Below, piece by piece: positions 38,901-52,559 of a DNA stretch of 64,000 nt. Each line of letters begins with the position of its first letter. Position 1 is the first letter of the stretch. Source of the stretch: Rhina ancylostomus (lineage: Eukaryota); contig JARFYF010000050.1 of assembly GCA_030265395.1 (NCBI GenBank), positions 19,465,899 to 19,529,898 on the forward strand. Reading direction: 5' to 3'. The position numbers and the translations under genes are program-made. Under the pieces are notes generated by a model, which saw only the letters and a list, made by a program, of their open reading frames with translations, was not told the DNA's origin and searched no databases.

Positions 38901-40699
38901 AACGATGCAGTCAATCTTCCTGTATATCTGCATTAGCTGCTAAAGGGGAGGTGGTCCATCTGTTATGACATTGGTTACTGACAGCTCATCCAATAGCGCA
39001 GAGGAAGTCAGATGTTACTGCAGCAGTTAAAAGGAGCACTCTCGTGCCTTGTAGCTTTAATGTCCAGAACACCACATTATTCGGAGATGATGGCAGTGGA
39101 AGTGCAGCACTGGTGAGAGCACTGGAGGACTGCAGGCAACCTGCTTGAAAGAAATAACTGGAAGTGTGGAACAATGTGTATGTGATCAGCCTTAATGGAA
39201 GGCATGATGAAAGTTGTCAAATGACCCAGCAAAGTAAGAGAACACACTTGCATTATTTCCTCCAGAACACTTCTATGTCCCTCCCTCTCACACCATCTCC
39301 TGCTTGGTGTGTCCCTTCACTCATATTCTAGGCGATATTTCCAGCTGCTTGATGCATGCACTTGACATTGGCTTATGTGCCATTGTACCGATCAAAACAA
39401 TTGCTGTGTCTCTGCTCATAACAAATGACGAAGGTGCTCCAAAGAAGGGGAAACTTGCTCAACTTTCACATCGGTCCCCTGAAAGGAAGCCCCCCTGCAG
39501 ATCCAGGAGTGAAAAGGGGATGGAGAAGGCAATCTAGGATAACTGGCCCCAGCCAGGCACTCTCCTGTCTGCCCAAATAACAAATAGCCAAAGCAACAGA
39601 TAAAATTACTTTCAAATAGTGTGGGGTAATGGCCCACAGACAATAGGAACAAACATGGAATGAAAACATGGAATGAAAATCTCGGCAGTTGCACATGGCA
39701 CAATTTGAATGTAACAATTTGCTTACACTTTATTATTTGCACAGAGATTTTAAAAGTGGCAGGAATGGGAGATTTATGATTTGTCTCCACGCTACATGAG
39801 GGTATATTTGCAGCAAGATGTAGAGAGGGGCATTGCAGAGTTAAGAGATCTTCTGTACCAGAGCTTGGTGACTGGTGCCAGGTTCTGTTCTACAAATTCA
39901 TCAGAGTGTTCTGGCTCTAGCTGGTGGGACCATTCCTCCTTCCTGCCTTCTATGCTAATCTTTCCCGTTTGCTGGGTAAACATACAGATGGGTTATCACC
40001 ACAATCTGTGGTCAGGTTGCATTGCAGGACTCCTCCAGATCTGTCCAGAGTCCCAAATCACGGTGTCACCATTGTGGCTGAGAGAAATGATGTTCTATTT
40101 GTGGATTTTCATAGAATGAATTACTTGGCAAGTGAGTATTGACTAGGTTAATGCAGTGAAAGGGGCTGAGCATTCAATGGAAGAATTCCTTTCTGATTCC
40201 TGTAGACTGAGGTGTTGGACACCGCAGCTTACGAGACTACCTATCTATGCTGTTGTCCTTCATGTAACATGGATTAAACAATTGAATGTATTGCAATAAT
40301 ACCTTGACTAGACTGGACACAAAGGTTGAGGCTACTGTGGCCTTCGTATTGTGAAACAATATTGTACCAGTGGATGCATTTGGGTACAGCACATAGCATA
40401 ATTTAGTTATAGTTATATTGCTGAATGAATAAAAAATTGTGTCTGACTTAGGGACAAGATGCAGAAAATGGAGGGAAAGTATTATTTATTTATATATACG
40501 AAATGGTGGTAATTTGTAGAATTTGTTTCCAGTGGGAAGAACGGATTAAACTACATAAACTCCTTTTAAATCATGCCATTATATCACATCTGTGGAATAT
40601 TTGACCAGAGGAATTATTTCTTTTTTTCAATGTATGTTCTTTTGCGAATTGCAGGTCACTGTTTCTATCCAGGAACACGACCGTTCAAATCAAAATGAT

Positions 40700-40955
40700 T
40701 AATTCACAGGATGTGACGGGTTTTGGCAATGCCTGCATTTACTGTCCATCTCTAACTGGCCCTGAAATCTGAAGGTAGTTAAGAGAACACCACATTGATG
40801 AGACTGGAGTTACTCAATGGCAGACTGGGGAGGGTCAAAAAGAAATAGTGTACCACATCTGTTTTTAATGGCACTCCAGTAGTTTCAGATCATGTCACTA
40901 GATCAATGGTTGGGACATCTGGCTGCTGGCCTAATAACTTAACCACCATAGTACA
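40700..40955 (-). mobile_element. SacSINE1-like SINE remnant
   Basis: cacaggatgtgacggg..ggcaatgcctgcatttactgtccatctctaactggccc...ggtagttaagagaacaccacattgatgagactggagttac; tail shared with the LINE at 7015. Confidence 0.6.
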
Positions 40956-41084
40956 CAGATGGCAAGTCACAGGAGTGACTGAGAGGGAGACCGGAGACTC
41001 TTGGAGCAGCTGTGAGGAAGGCTGGAGACTCAAGGAACGAACAACCCTAATGGAGGACAAACATACTGAGAGAGAAGTCAGGTG

Positions 41085-41340
41085 AGAGGTGAAAGACATA
41101 AAAGGGACCTGATGGGCTACTTCTTTACGCAGAGGGTGGTGCATATGTAGAATGAGCTGCCACAGGAAGTGGTTGAGGCAGGTACAAGTTCAACATTTAA
41201 AAAACATTTGGATAAGTAAATGGATAGCAGGTGTTTAAAGGGATATGGGCCAAATGTGGGCAAAGGGGACTAACTTGGTGGGTATGGGTGAGTTGGCCTG
41301 AAGAGTCTGTTTCCATGCTGTATTACTTGATAACTCTCTA
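41085..41340 (+). mobile_element. CR1 LINE 3' end
   Basis: DLMGYFFTQRVVHM*NELPQEVVEAGTSSTFKKHLDK, then tail gcctgaagagtctgtttccatgctgtat. Confidence 0.88.
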
Positions 41341-44300
41341 AGTCAAAAACCACTGGAATGGCCACAGTGGAGGTCAGAGCACCAGGAATGGGCGTAGATC
41401 AGATGACCCATCCATGGCATTGAAGTAGCAATGATGTAGGATCTCCAATTTCAGATATTAGTTACTGACCTTCTTGTGTGGCATATCCGTGCACAAGCAC
41501 TGTTTCCCTGATAGCTGGATTGAGGTTGTCTCTTTCTCTTAGTGCAGGAGCTAGAGAAATGGTGGGTGGGTGGAAAATGCATCTTCCATTCCACTGTTTA
41601 TTCAGGTGAGGGGATCAATTTTAGAACTGTTGTAGGTGTTGGCAGCAGCACAATTGGGACAAAACTCCTGATCATTAAAGCAAAATAAGAGAAAACACAT
41701 GAAGGTAAATAGTTGAGAAATGGAATGAAAACTGTGCCATGATTTATTTTTTACCAGCCTCTTCCAATATTATAGAATTCCAAGCAGTAGCAAAGTGTGC
41801 CTTGGGAATACTCGCTAAGAAACGGTTAAGAATCTCAAGTATAATCTCTAAATCATTCAGAATACCAAATACTCTTTGGATAGCAACAGAGTGTGTCAGC
41901 CAATATTTCTTTTCAAAGTCACCTAATATCAAAGTGGGTGCCCAATACCTTCCTGTTTGAAATGACAGTCAGGTTTTTGGCAAAAGGCTTGGAATTTGAG
42001 AGAGTGTGGCTCTCAACTCTCCATCCGCTCATGTTTCTGTGGTCGATGCTGCAGAATCCGTGCCAGCAACCACAAAGAAAGACGAGCAAGGCAGTGCCAA
42101 TCTCGGCTGTGAACAAGTTGCAAATGTTCCAACTCTAAACTCTGTTCACGGGAAGTATAATGTTGAATGGCATAATGTGCATTGAATGATATGAAAATAG
42201 TATTTCATATGCAGAACAACAGTGGTCTACACATCAGATCTCTCCATATTCTCTCCCACCGCACCTTGCGTTTAAATTCACCATTTGAGCTCTCAAAATA
42301 AACTTGGCCTGGACCTCAAAAATGTCAACAGAGAGAGAGCAGTGAAGCGCCTCCACATAAACACATGCTGTTCCTACTGTAATATTAACCTTCTGAGGGC
42401 AGCAATTGAAGCATTGCATCAAATTAACATTTACATCAATAATCCTAAACATTGCACATTTTGCTTTCAGTTTGGATTGATCATTCGGTTGAGAATTAAA
42501 GAAATCCCTTGGTTGTGGGCTAACTATTTCTCTCCTTCTTTATAGTAATTTCCATGAATAATTTATAGAATATCGTGTTAGTAAAGATTAGCTTAATAGT
42601 AAATATGTTAGGTTCACTTCAGCAATAACACATATACCAAATTCTAGACAAAACTGTCACGGAAGTTTGATTTTGACATTAGTCATTTCAGATACTGGCG
42701 GTGTTGATAAATGCAGTTCATTCTTCCCCTAACCTATTGTTCAGGACTGAATTCTGCTGCACTCCAAACTAGCAAAGGATATTCTGTTGTCATAAGAACA
42801 AATTACTTTGAAAACCGTTCTCCACATTTTTATGCATAATAGAACTTGCAGGCTTAATAAAATATTACAGAGAGCAACTGATGATAAAATTCAAACAAAA
42901 AAATAAGGAGCAACACCAGACATTGCACAGGTCAGTGATGGTCACTCACACAATTGCTGCCATCCTGTTGGTCCCCCATGTGTACTTGGGTGTGAGTTAT
43001 GATGATTGTGTGGCCATGACTGGTAATTTCACTGCCCACAGGATCAATATTTCACACATGTGGAAATGAAAATGATAATTCAGACGTGTGAAATAACACA
43101 GTCAGCAGCAATGTTCGGTGTTCCAGGATTCATTTAAAGATACATTTCAGGCTTTGCCAGGGGCAGCACAGCTAGAAAAGTCATCATTTATTCTGTAGGC
43201 CCTCTTGGTATTTCTGCAGTCCCTGAAGGCGGATATAAATATTATATTACATGCATGAAAATATATAACAGTTCTACATCCTCAGACCTTATTAAAGGGC
43301 CAATGTTGTTTGTTAACTGCCAGCTAACAGACTATAAGTGCTATGATGCGAATATAGTGTTACATCATCAAGCAGATCTATTAATCAGCCTCAACCTTCC
43401 TTTTTAACTTAGTTCATTCTTCATGTTCTCACTTATCTACGTTTGCATCCTAATATACTTCTGTTTGAACACATGCAATGATGATGGGATCCTATGCATG
43501 ACGTGTAATGCATTCACTTTCCAATCTCTTTAAATCAGTCAACGAACCTGCCTACCAAACAACTGCACCTCATACTATAAGTGTTTAGTTTCTTTCAAAC
43601 CTGCAACAAAGCACTCCAAACTTTCTTGTGAATCCACCAAAGAACTCAACAAAACCACTTCTGCGCATCGGGCAATTGGAGTGACACTTCCTCTCTGTCC
43701 TGGAAATGTAGCCAAGCTGAGAGCTCCTTGGAACAATAGCAATAGCTCAGTCATTGTACTTAACTTGTGAGCAAGATCTTATCTTGCTCATGCTTCAAAC
43801 CCTTATGAATTTTGTGTCCATAATATATATTGCCCATAGAATTTTCTAGTAATTAATTGCAAATTATTTCTCAATAAAGTTGCAGAAATGCATCACAATC
43901 ATTAATCTTTCAGATTAACTATCATCATACATTAATTACATGTAGCACACTGAAAGCCAGTGTCTGCAATGAGTGGTACTGCAACACGAAAACAGGCTCC
44001 AAGCTGAATACAAATCCCAATAAAATGAACAGTATATATATTATAAAATATAATAGACAGCTTGTAATGATTTCAAGACAGAAATTAATTGAGGGGTTCA
44101 GATGATGCTTATAAATTTACTGAACTTTAATCCTGAATTTATGAAGTTATTTACATTTTTTGAGTTTTCTTGCTACCCAAGCATAGTTATTACATCACCT
44201 CTGACTTACTTAATACCAACCTCTTACTTACAAATCCATCCAGGAAAATGGATGCATGTCCACCATGAGAAAAAGGAAGTGAAGGAAGAAACATAGTTAA

Positions 44301-44504
44301 AAAAATACACCTGTTAGTATGAAAATCCTCTTCCAGATAAGCTAGGTGATTGACAGAATGGTGGACCCACTGCATAAGTCACTACCCTGCGTGCTGTTCA
44401 CAGAAGGTAGTCATACTGAAGATAGACAGGAAGGCACCACAGCAGTTATTCTGGCTTCATTACAACCCCGGTCATGATAGAGTAGCAGGAACCCTTCCTT
44501 GCAC

Positions 44505-45135
44505 AGCATTATAATTTGGAAGCCAAATGGCATGTTGGCCTTTGTTGAAAGGGGAGGGATACACAAAAATGAGGAATATTTGCTGTAATTGTATAGAGCC
44601 TTGGTGAAACCTCACCTGGACCCATCAAAACTGCATCTAAAACTGCACTAAACTTTGTGCAGTACCTAAGGTGGGGCATACTTGAATTGGTTCATTTCAG
44701 ATTAATTTTAGGATGAGGCAGCTGTCCCATAAGAGAGATTAATACACTGACTATATTCATAAGAGGTTGGAGGAATGGGAGGTGAACTGAGATTCTGAGA
44801 AGGACTGGCAGGGAAGATGCTGAGAGAATGTTTTCGTAAGTTGCAGAGTCTAGAACTGGGGACAATTGTCTCAAGACCTCTTAGGACCAAAATAAATAGA
44901 AATACCTGTACACAAAGGGTGGAATCATTGAAATTCTCAATACTAGTGGGTTGTGGGTGCACAATTGTTGAGTATGTTCAAGGCTGGGATTGATAAATAT
45001 TTAGGCACAAAAGGAATCAAGGGAAATGAGGACTGAGTGGGATAGTTAAGGTACAAGTTTGGCCACGATCTTGATGAATGTCAAAACAGGCCTGAGGGAG
45101 TCAGATGGCCTATTCCTGCTCTTACTTCTTATATT
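44505..45135 (+). mobile_element. CR1 LINE ORF2 C-terminus plus 3'UTR
   Basis: NEEYLL*LYRALVKPHL, agagtctagaactggggacaattgtctcaag, tail cagatggcctattcctgctcttacttctt. Confidence 0.85.
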
Positions 45136-47319
45136 TTTGTGTATATTTGAAGAAAAAAATTAAACAAAATAGGTTTTAACCAACAGCAGAATCCCAACAC
45201 TTGTGCTTCTAAAAACCAAAAATATAATGCTTTTAAACTGTTTTGTTCTACTTCATTCACACTTGCAGCCTGTTTCTGTAGAGCCACTAATTTATTAAAA
45301 ATAAATTCAGTGCTAAAAAGGTAAAATTGGGTGCTGGTACAAATGAGAGAGCATGAAATCAAGTTTGTGCCTGAGCCAAATAAAAGGAATATTTAAATCT
45401 AAGAGTTTAAATTCAACTGCTGAGGCTCTCATGAGAATAATACTTCTTTAGCAGTGCTTGTAATTTGTAAGAGGGTTTTTGTTATCCATTTTGAAAATAA
45501 TTAATTTGTGAAACTTTTTAGCTGAATGGGTCTGCAAGGCATAACTAATTATTCCTCAAACAAATGAAAAATGTCAAAATTCAATTTTGTTAAAGCACGA
45601 ACAGAATGTTTGTCACTGGAGATGCTGCAGGATTCTGACCTGGAGAAAACAGAGAACTGGATTGTCTGTTATTCCCTTGTCACGGTAATTACAAAGCACC
45701 CAGAATTGTGATATGGTGACGGCAAAGGCGTTAAAAGAACTTTATGAGATCTGTTCATTTCAACAAAAGAGGTCATATTTCCAGGGACAATTACATGATT
45801 CTTGGTATTCTGCCATATTATCTGACTAAACCTGTATTATGATTGTAATTTATTTTAAGGTTATTGTACCATCAAGAAATCGTCAGGCCCTCCTTGACTG
45901 AAACTGAATTAATTAATGGACCTTATCAGCATTAGATTTCTTGGTTAATCAAGAGTTATAACTCAGATTTGCCTGGTGCATGTCAGCCTTGACTCTCAGC
46001 TTGGGTTGGGGGAAACACGGAAACAGATGGTCTGAAATCCACAGAAGTGTAAAATACGCTGTGCCTCTCACCAGGGTCTAACTGCCAGCTGCAGCCAGGC
46101 TACTGCTCCATATGCAGACCATCACTGACCATCTGCAAGGGGTGAGCAGGGCAGAATAAGTACCTGTTTACTTGACAGTAACACTGCTGACTGCCTCCCA
46201 CGCCAACTAAACCATGAGCGGAAACCTCTATTTCCGTGATTCCGCTTTCCAAAAAAGAAACATTATTAATTAATCCAAGAAAAGGAGTGGAACGATTTTT
46301 AGCACAAAACAAAATGACATTGAAATTTTGATCTGAATCCAAGAATACTGTCAATGCAGAAATGATTCAGTGGATTTCACTAATAATGCAAATGAGCACT
46401 TAAATGAAGATAGATTTGAGAGTGTTTGTGCATCAGGCCTGCTACAGGAAGAATGCATAAAAGTTAATAAATAATAAAAATTATTATGTTGGTAATATAC
46501 AGAAAATTTACAAAACAAAATAATGCCAGTATCAATGCAGCTTTCCTCGAATAATGTTCTTGGATTTTTAAGTGCATTCTGCCTTGTGCATTGTGGCATC
46601 CTGCTCCATTTTGCCTGTGTTCACCAGTATCAATTTGGGAGCATATCTAACTATCCCAGTGAGTTATCCTGCCCAATAGGCAGTTGTCATTATTACAGTT
46701 GCTTCTTAGAATTTAGTACTGATTTGCACAGGCTCATGCCTGAAGGAGCATCTGGCTCCATATTCTGCACCTTCACCATCTGTAATGAATCTAATACAAA
46801 TGTAACTATCTCCAACTGCTGGTCCAACCAGATGGCCCTCACTGAAGAAAATGCTGACAGTGAGGTTCTAAATGTTCAATGGATTAATTTCTCCCTAACT
46901 ATATCACCTTCATTCCCAAAGAAAACCACAGGGATTGCATTTTATTTTGTCCTGATAGATATGTTTCTAAATATCTCACACTTCATTATCAAGACAACAT
47001 TTATGTAACCTAGTAGTTAATTGAAATTCAAGAATTAGATTCTCATTATTAGTCAAGAAGGAGCAATCTTGACCAATATATCAAAATACAGCCGCACACA
47101 CTTACTGTCAACGTTTCTTTTATAATTTTAAACACCCACATTTGTAAAGGAAATTATCAATGTATTCCTGTCATGTTGGAAGCAGACATTCCTCCACTGC
47201 AATGGTGTGTCTCAGAGCTGCTCAGATATCACTGTCGGGTAGAAATGTATCCTCATCCAGCAACACACAATAGAGGGTCTCATGCTTGCTGTGCTCTGCT
47301 TCTGACATTCCGATACATT

Positions 47320-47745
47320 GAAGTCCACTTCTGTAACCTCAATCTGCTGGTCAAAGCTTCATCCATGTCTTTGATTCCTTGAGAGTACTTCAGCTGACTT
47401 CTGTACTTCTACTCTCTATCAACTTCAGATAATCTAAATCCATGCTATCCACATCATATCTCCTACCAGGACTTGCCCAGCCATTATCCAAGTGCTTACT
47501 GACCGGTAGGCCACTGGTTAAGCTATACCTTCGGTTCCAAATTCTCATCATTGTTTTTAAATCACTCGACTGTCCCTTCTCTCCTCCTGCAACCCCCATC
47601 CGCTCAAGTCCCATGGCCCTACAAGACACCTGCGCACTTTCATTTATGGTATCTAAAGCTGTGGCTTTGTTTTCAATTTGTTAAAGCCTCAGATTCTGAA
47701 ATACCCTTCCCAAACTTTTTTACCTTCTTACTTTTTAAGAGATAA
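47320..47745 (+). mobile_element. L2 LINE ORF2 C-terminal fragment
   Basis: STLYQLQII*IHA..., IIQVLTD, LRFQILIIVFKSL (~LDFKILILVFKSL), ctcagattctgaaatacccttccc (~LWNSLP). Confidence 0.7.
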
Positions 47746-48539
47746 CCAGAACAATGACACTGGGCTGAAGTTCCCTGCGAAAGGCTAACCTCTATCAATT
47801 TACTTCAAAGGCAGCAAATAAATCAGTCGAACATACCCAAGTAGAAAGTTATCCTCCATTTTATGTACAAAATACCTGCACATCACAATGCTTCTGAAAC
47901 TCAGCCCCTTTGACTTAAATAGACCCAAATTTCAGGAGCAGCATATTAATACATTAATATCCATTAATACATCTCGCATTTAGTGTATACAACAGACTAA
48001 TAAAGATATCTCAGAAGGAATTTCTATCCTGCCACAGCTAACTGGTGGTGCATTAAATATGTAACTATAAATGTTGTTTATATGTTCACAAAAGAGAGAA
48101 ATAAAAGTGCAGAATAATGTGTCAACTGAGGGTGAATTGAAGGGAGTGGGCATATCACACTGTTGCTGGAGGGCGTCTCAGGAACAATTCCCATCTGGCT
48201 TGTAAAAAGCTCATCTCCCACTTTGTACTGATCAATTTGGACTTTCCAAAGGATAAGTACTGTTTGATTTTGGAAGAAATTTAAATTAGTTTGTGCTTTT
48301 AAAATGAAAATTCTTATAATTACCTATTTACATTTCTGTGAAATACTATGCTTCACATAGTATTACAATATAAACACTAATTTCATTTAAAATTGAACAC
48401 AAACTTAAGGAGACTGGATTTTTAAAGAAAATGAATAGCAAAAATAAAGTTCTAAAATTTGAGGAAGTAAATGTTAAGGAATGGAGAATCAAGAAATAAT
48501 CCCAGGCAGGCTATCCCTCACTATCCGTAATCAGTGCTA

Positions 48540-49020
48540 TCTTACGCAGTACCTCGGGATCAGGCTGATTTGCTTTCACTCCAGTTTGGTAGTTCTGAGG
48601 TGACTGATGAGGATCCTTGTGGGAACTGCAGTCTCAGCTATAAATAGGTTCAGGTACCTGATATCAAATAAGTGAGTAGTTTGAAGGTGTCAGACTCCTT
48701 TCACCATTTATGCAGGGGTAGGGTGTACTGCCAATGCTTCGGCTCAAGGTGGTTCTCAAGGTGGTCTGCCAATGCTTGGNNNNNNNNNNNNNNNNNNNNN
48801 NNNNNNNNNNNNNNNNNNNNNNNNNNNNNNNNNNNNNNNNNNNNNNNNNNNNNNNNNNNNNNNNNNNNNNNNNNNNNNNCAAGGTGGTCACCATCTCTAA
48901 TGCTCTGTTTTTGCTATGAACGATCATGAGGCAGGGATTTCCAAGAGGATGCTGCATTGTTTTCAAACAGGTTTTGAGCACATCCTTGAATCTTTCTTTC
49001 TCTCTGCCTGTAATCTACCC
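48540..49020 (-). mobile_element. RTE LINE 3' portion spanning a 100-N gap
   Basis: The minus strand gives RKRFKDVLKTCLK-like sequence (gcacatccttgaatctttctt) followed by an RTE-like terminus. Confidence 0.65.
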
Positions 49021-49074
49021 CCCTCCGCCCCCAATGATAGAAATGGGACCACAGTATTTATTTTGGGAGCCTTG

Positions 49075-49285
49075 TGCCATTGCCAGGGTCTTCTTCAACT
49101 GCCTCCTCTCAGTGGCCAAAGAGTTGCTTCATGAATTGCAGCCCAGTGTAAAATGGCAGAAGTAGCAAAGTATGGATTCTATTCATCTAGAGGCACAGTG
49201 GATATAATCTTCACCATGCAACAACTACAAAAGAAATGCAGGGAGCAACTACCATTCATCCTCCCTGTTGATGAAGCCTTCACAA
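49075..49285 (+). mobile_element. RTE RT N-terminal fragment
   Basis: AIARVFFNCLLSVAKELLHELQ...YGFYSSRGTVDIIFTMQQLQKKCREQ. Confidence 0.85.
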
Positions 49286-49399
49286 CTGAGTGGGCAGCTT
49301 GGTATGTAAAAGGCTTTTTGAATGGCCCAGGATAAGAAAGCAGGTGAACTTCTGCGTCATAACACTGTATGCAGGACCAGAAGCAGAACTAGATGATAT

Positions 49400-49995
49400 T
49401 TTTGTCATCACCCATTTTCACTATTCCATTGCTACCANNNNNNNNNNNNNNNNNNNNNNNNNNNNNNNNNNNNNNNNNNNNNNNNNNNNNNNNNNNNNNN
49501 NNNNNNNNNNNNNNNNNNNNNNNNNNNNNNNNNNNNNACTATTCCATTGCTACCATGCTCAACATTCCTCCACATTGAAAACTCAGTTGCATATATCAGA
49601 TATTTCAATGTCCTATTTGGCTATCACTGATACCTTCACTGACCATCACTGATTACAACAACTTCCTGTTCTGATGTTTAAACTCAGGCATGGATTTGCC
49701 CCTTCCTCGTGGTCATCTCAAATTCCTAAACTGACCTTCTGTGCATTTCTCTGACACTTTCCAAGTATCACATTCAAGTCTCCCACAGCTATCAGCAATC
49801 CCTTCAGTCATTTTGGACCAAACCCTGTCTGAACCTTATGCCTCTTCAAATCTTTTTAAACCCACTTTATTGATTGAGCTTCATTAATTATCTTCCATAA
49901 CATCTACTTCTCCAGTCCATCCCTATCTTGTTACAATGACACTGCTGTGAAACTCCATGGGAAGTTTTTCTCTATCAAACGTACGTTGTTTTGGA
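49400..49995 (+). mobile_element. Degraded L2 3' end
   Basis: tgtttaaactcaggcatggatttgcccctt (~FKSLHGLAP); tail gtgaaactccatgggaagtttttctctatcaaac..gttgttttg. Confidence 0.6.
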
Positions 49996-52559
49996 CATTT
50001 TATCATCTGAGAGGGCTGGAATCCATTCATGTTGCTCTGTTGCTCAAACAGATTTCAAACAGAGCATGCTCCTGACCACTGCAAAACCCAACTAATAAAA
50101 ATATATTCAATTAAAAAAATATTGAAGATCCTGTCAATGTTTGGCTTTGATCTTACAATAACACACAATCACCATGCACAAATTTAGTCAGCTCGAATTG
50201 TTGGACCTAAATATTTATTACACAAATTTTTTAATCAAGCGAAATGGCCTAACCATTGTCTGAAGTATTGTTTGTTTAATATCAAAATCTGCATTCTCTG
50301 AATTTCCTTCGCACCAGGGAGAGAGCGAGGGGGTGGGGGGAGCACAAGAGAGAGCGAGAGAGCAACTGTTAAGATCTCACTCTGGATGCTCAGGAATTAT
50401 CATCTCATCACTAGGCAGAATGTCATTATCACCAACTCAACACAGGTTAGATGGCAATTATTACCATCCTGGAGAAGGAGAACTCTGTTGCCAAATAGCT
50501 TCAGAGTTTATTTAGAAATCATTTTGTATCAGTCTGTCCACTAAACTTGGACAATTAAAAGCAGTATTAGGCTGCGTCAACTTCTGCATTAAATATATAG
50601 AGATGAAACCAATTCTGTTCCAAATGAACTCTCAAATCCTCAGTGTGTAAAACCTTTTAATTGAATTCCCGTACTGTTCCTTTTCCCATTGAAATGCTGA
50701 CAGAAAGATGTCTGGCTTTAGTCTGTGGGGGGTGCTACTACCTTCAGAGGGGGATCTCTGGAAGAGATTTGAAATACTTACAACTAATCAATACAAAAAG
50801 AATGAACCTGAACCTCTTCATTTCTAATGCTGTGGAAATATGTCAATACAGGGATTAAAGTGATCTGTCTTATTGATTCCCAAAGGACAGGCCTCCCCCT
50901 GAGGTGCTTTCACAACTCCAACAGCACTGCAGTAATGTGTTTGCCTTCTCAACCATAAAAACTACAAATTACTGCTCTGAGGGGAACAGACTGCCCCCAG
51001 AGCAGGCAGGCAGATTACTGAGCTATTTACCTGAATCACTGTTGGTTGCAGGCACCAAGCAGTAATGTGGAAAAAAAATGAGGCAATATCCACATTGTGT
51101 ATATAAAAAAGAGGAAAAAGGAGAGAGGTAGCTTGGGGTCTTGCAAATAGAACAAATCAAAATGGGACAGAGAGGAAAAAAAAGGTAGAAACGTTAATAA
51201 GAGAAGACAAAATGTGTCCCGAATATAATGGATATGGTTTTGTTCCATAGGTAAATATTTACTATAAGTGTCAACTGAACCGGCATTGGAAAATAAACAT
51301 TTTTCGTGCCTTCCATTTGAAGGAAAATGCAGAAACTCGCAATTTGGACAAATAAAAATAATTTCTAATTTTATTAATTAAATATAAATGTAAATAATTA
51401 TCCTTAAGGAAGAGGTTAAAGGCCAAGGGAAATGTCGAAGTCAAAATATGTGGAAGTCTTTAAAAGTTTTTGAAGTTGGGCTGGAGCAGCAAGGAAACAA
51501 GTGATGGAAAGGAAGAAGGGTCAAAGAGGCAAAATGAATAACCAGCTATACAAAAATGCTTGTTTCATCTTACTCCCTCTGTGGGGGAAAATCCTTATTT
51601 GGAGGAAGGCTATAGACTGACAAAATGAAGAACAGATTAGCATAGGTAATTCTCCAAAGACTCGAAAGAAAAACAGTGATCATAAGCCACCACACTGTTT
51701 CCTGGACACAAGAGGCTGGAGTTGGCAGGCCAACCGAGGAAATCCACATGAAAGCTTCTTTTCTGCCTACTGGCTCAGAAGACAGGAGAAGCCCAAATTA
51801 TTCCAACAGAATGTATTCAACTTAATATCAGGGGGCAAGGAGAATAATCAGCACAATGATTAAGAAAATGGGTGGAATTAATTTACAAATCCCTTCCCTG
51901 ATGGGGTATACTTATATTTTTGAAAGTAGTTCCCCTTTCACAGCATTGAATTTCCATCCAATTAAAGGTATTTTGGACATTTTTTAAATCTAGCTGGAAT
52001 TGTTTGAGACTGCAGTGAGTTATGCTCTCATACAGTAACCAGATTTGACAGGTGTTAACAATGTCAACTCCATCTGTGACTGTTTTGATCCTTTCCTCCC
52101 ATTCGAAATGATGGAAAGATATGAAAGCACAAGAATGTTTTGATAACTATCCTTACTTATGGTCGCTGGGCTTTGTTCTGACTATTATCACCAGGCTGGA
52201 CCTGGTTTCCTGTGATGCAGGCAGGTCACTAAATGATGCCAATCCAGGTACAACAATTTAATACTGGGGAGGCGAACAACCTTGCTCATTATGCAAGCAG
52301 ATTAACTGCTGCACTAGAAACAACACATAGTGAAAAAGTAACTCATATATGAGCAAAGTGAAATACATGAACACAGCATGTACTTGACTATATATATATA
52401 NNNNNNNNNNNNNNNNNNNNNNNNNNNNNCCACGACTGGCAAATTAGGAGTCTGACGAAAAATAAAAAGCCTTGAGCCTGACCCAGGTTGGAATAGCCTG
52501 TCTGACAGCATAAATGGATGAACAATCTCTAGTCCATCATAACGCATACAGCACATGGA

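Larger units (their letters stand above)
37120..40330 (+). mobile_element. Ancient Tx1/L1-type LINE ORF2 remnant, split by younger SINE and Penelope insertions
   Basis: Collinear weak motifs: SLFTTNHQK (~SLLSTDYK, ~37152), LKQHGKIFDIV (~LDQEKAFDRV, ~37365), SGPHL (~FGPHF), LEVWNNV (~LIRVWNMV, ~39158), tggacaccgcag (~WAPQ terminus, ~40216). Confidence 0.4.

Noticed and set aside
41350-42130. Possible LINE endonuclease remnant (ILGDF motif on the minus strand)
   Set aside because: A single short motif is not enough to support a call.
43768-43790. Perfect 10-bp hairpin tgagcaagat-ctt-atcttgctca
   Set aside because: Too short and isolated to distinguish from chance or a local template-switch event.
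44347-44356. Perfect PBX-MEIS decamer TGATTGACAG
   Set aside because: A single isolated 10-mer without a supporting motif cluster can occur by chance in 64 kb.
46523-47008. 161-aa + strand ORF
   Set aside because: No recognisable domain or convincing splice context, and the composition is typical of a chance ORF in AT-rich DNA.
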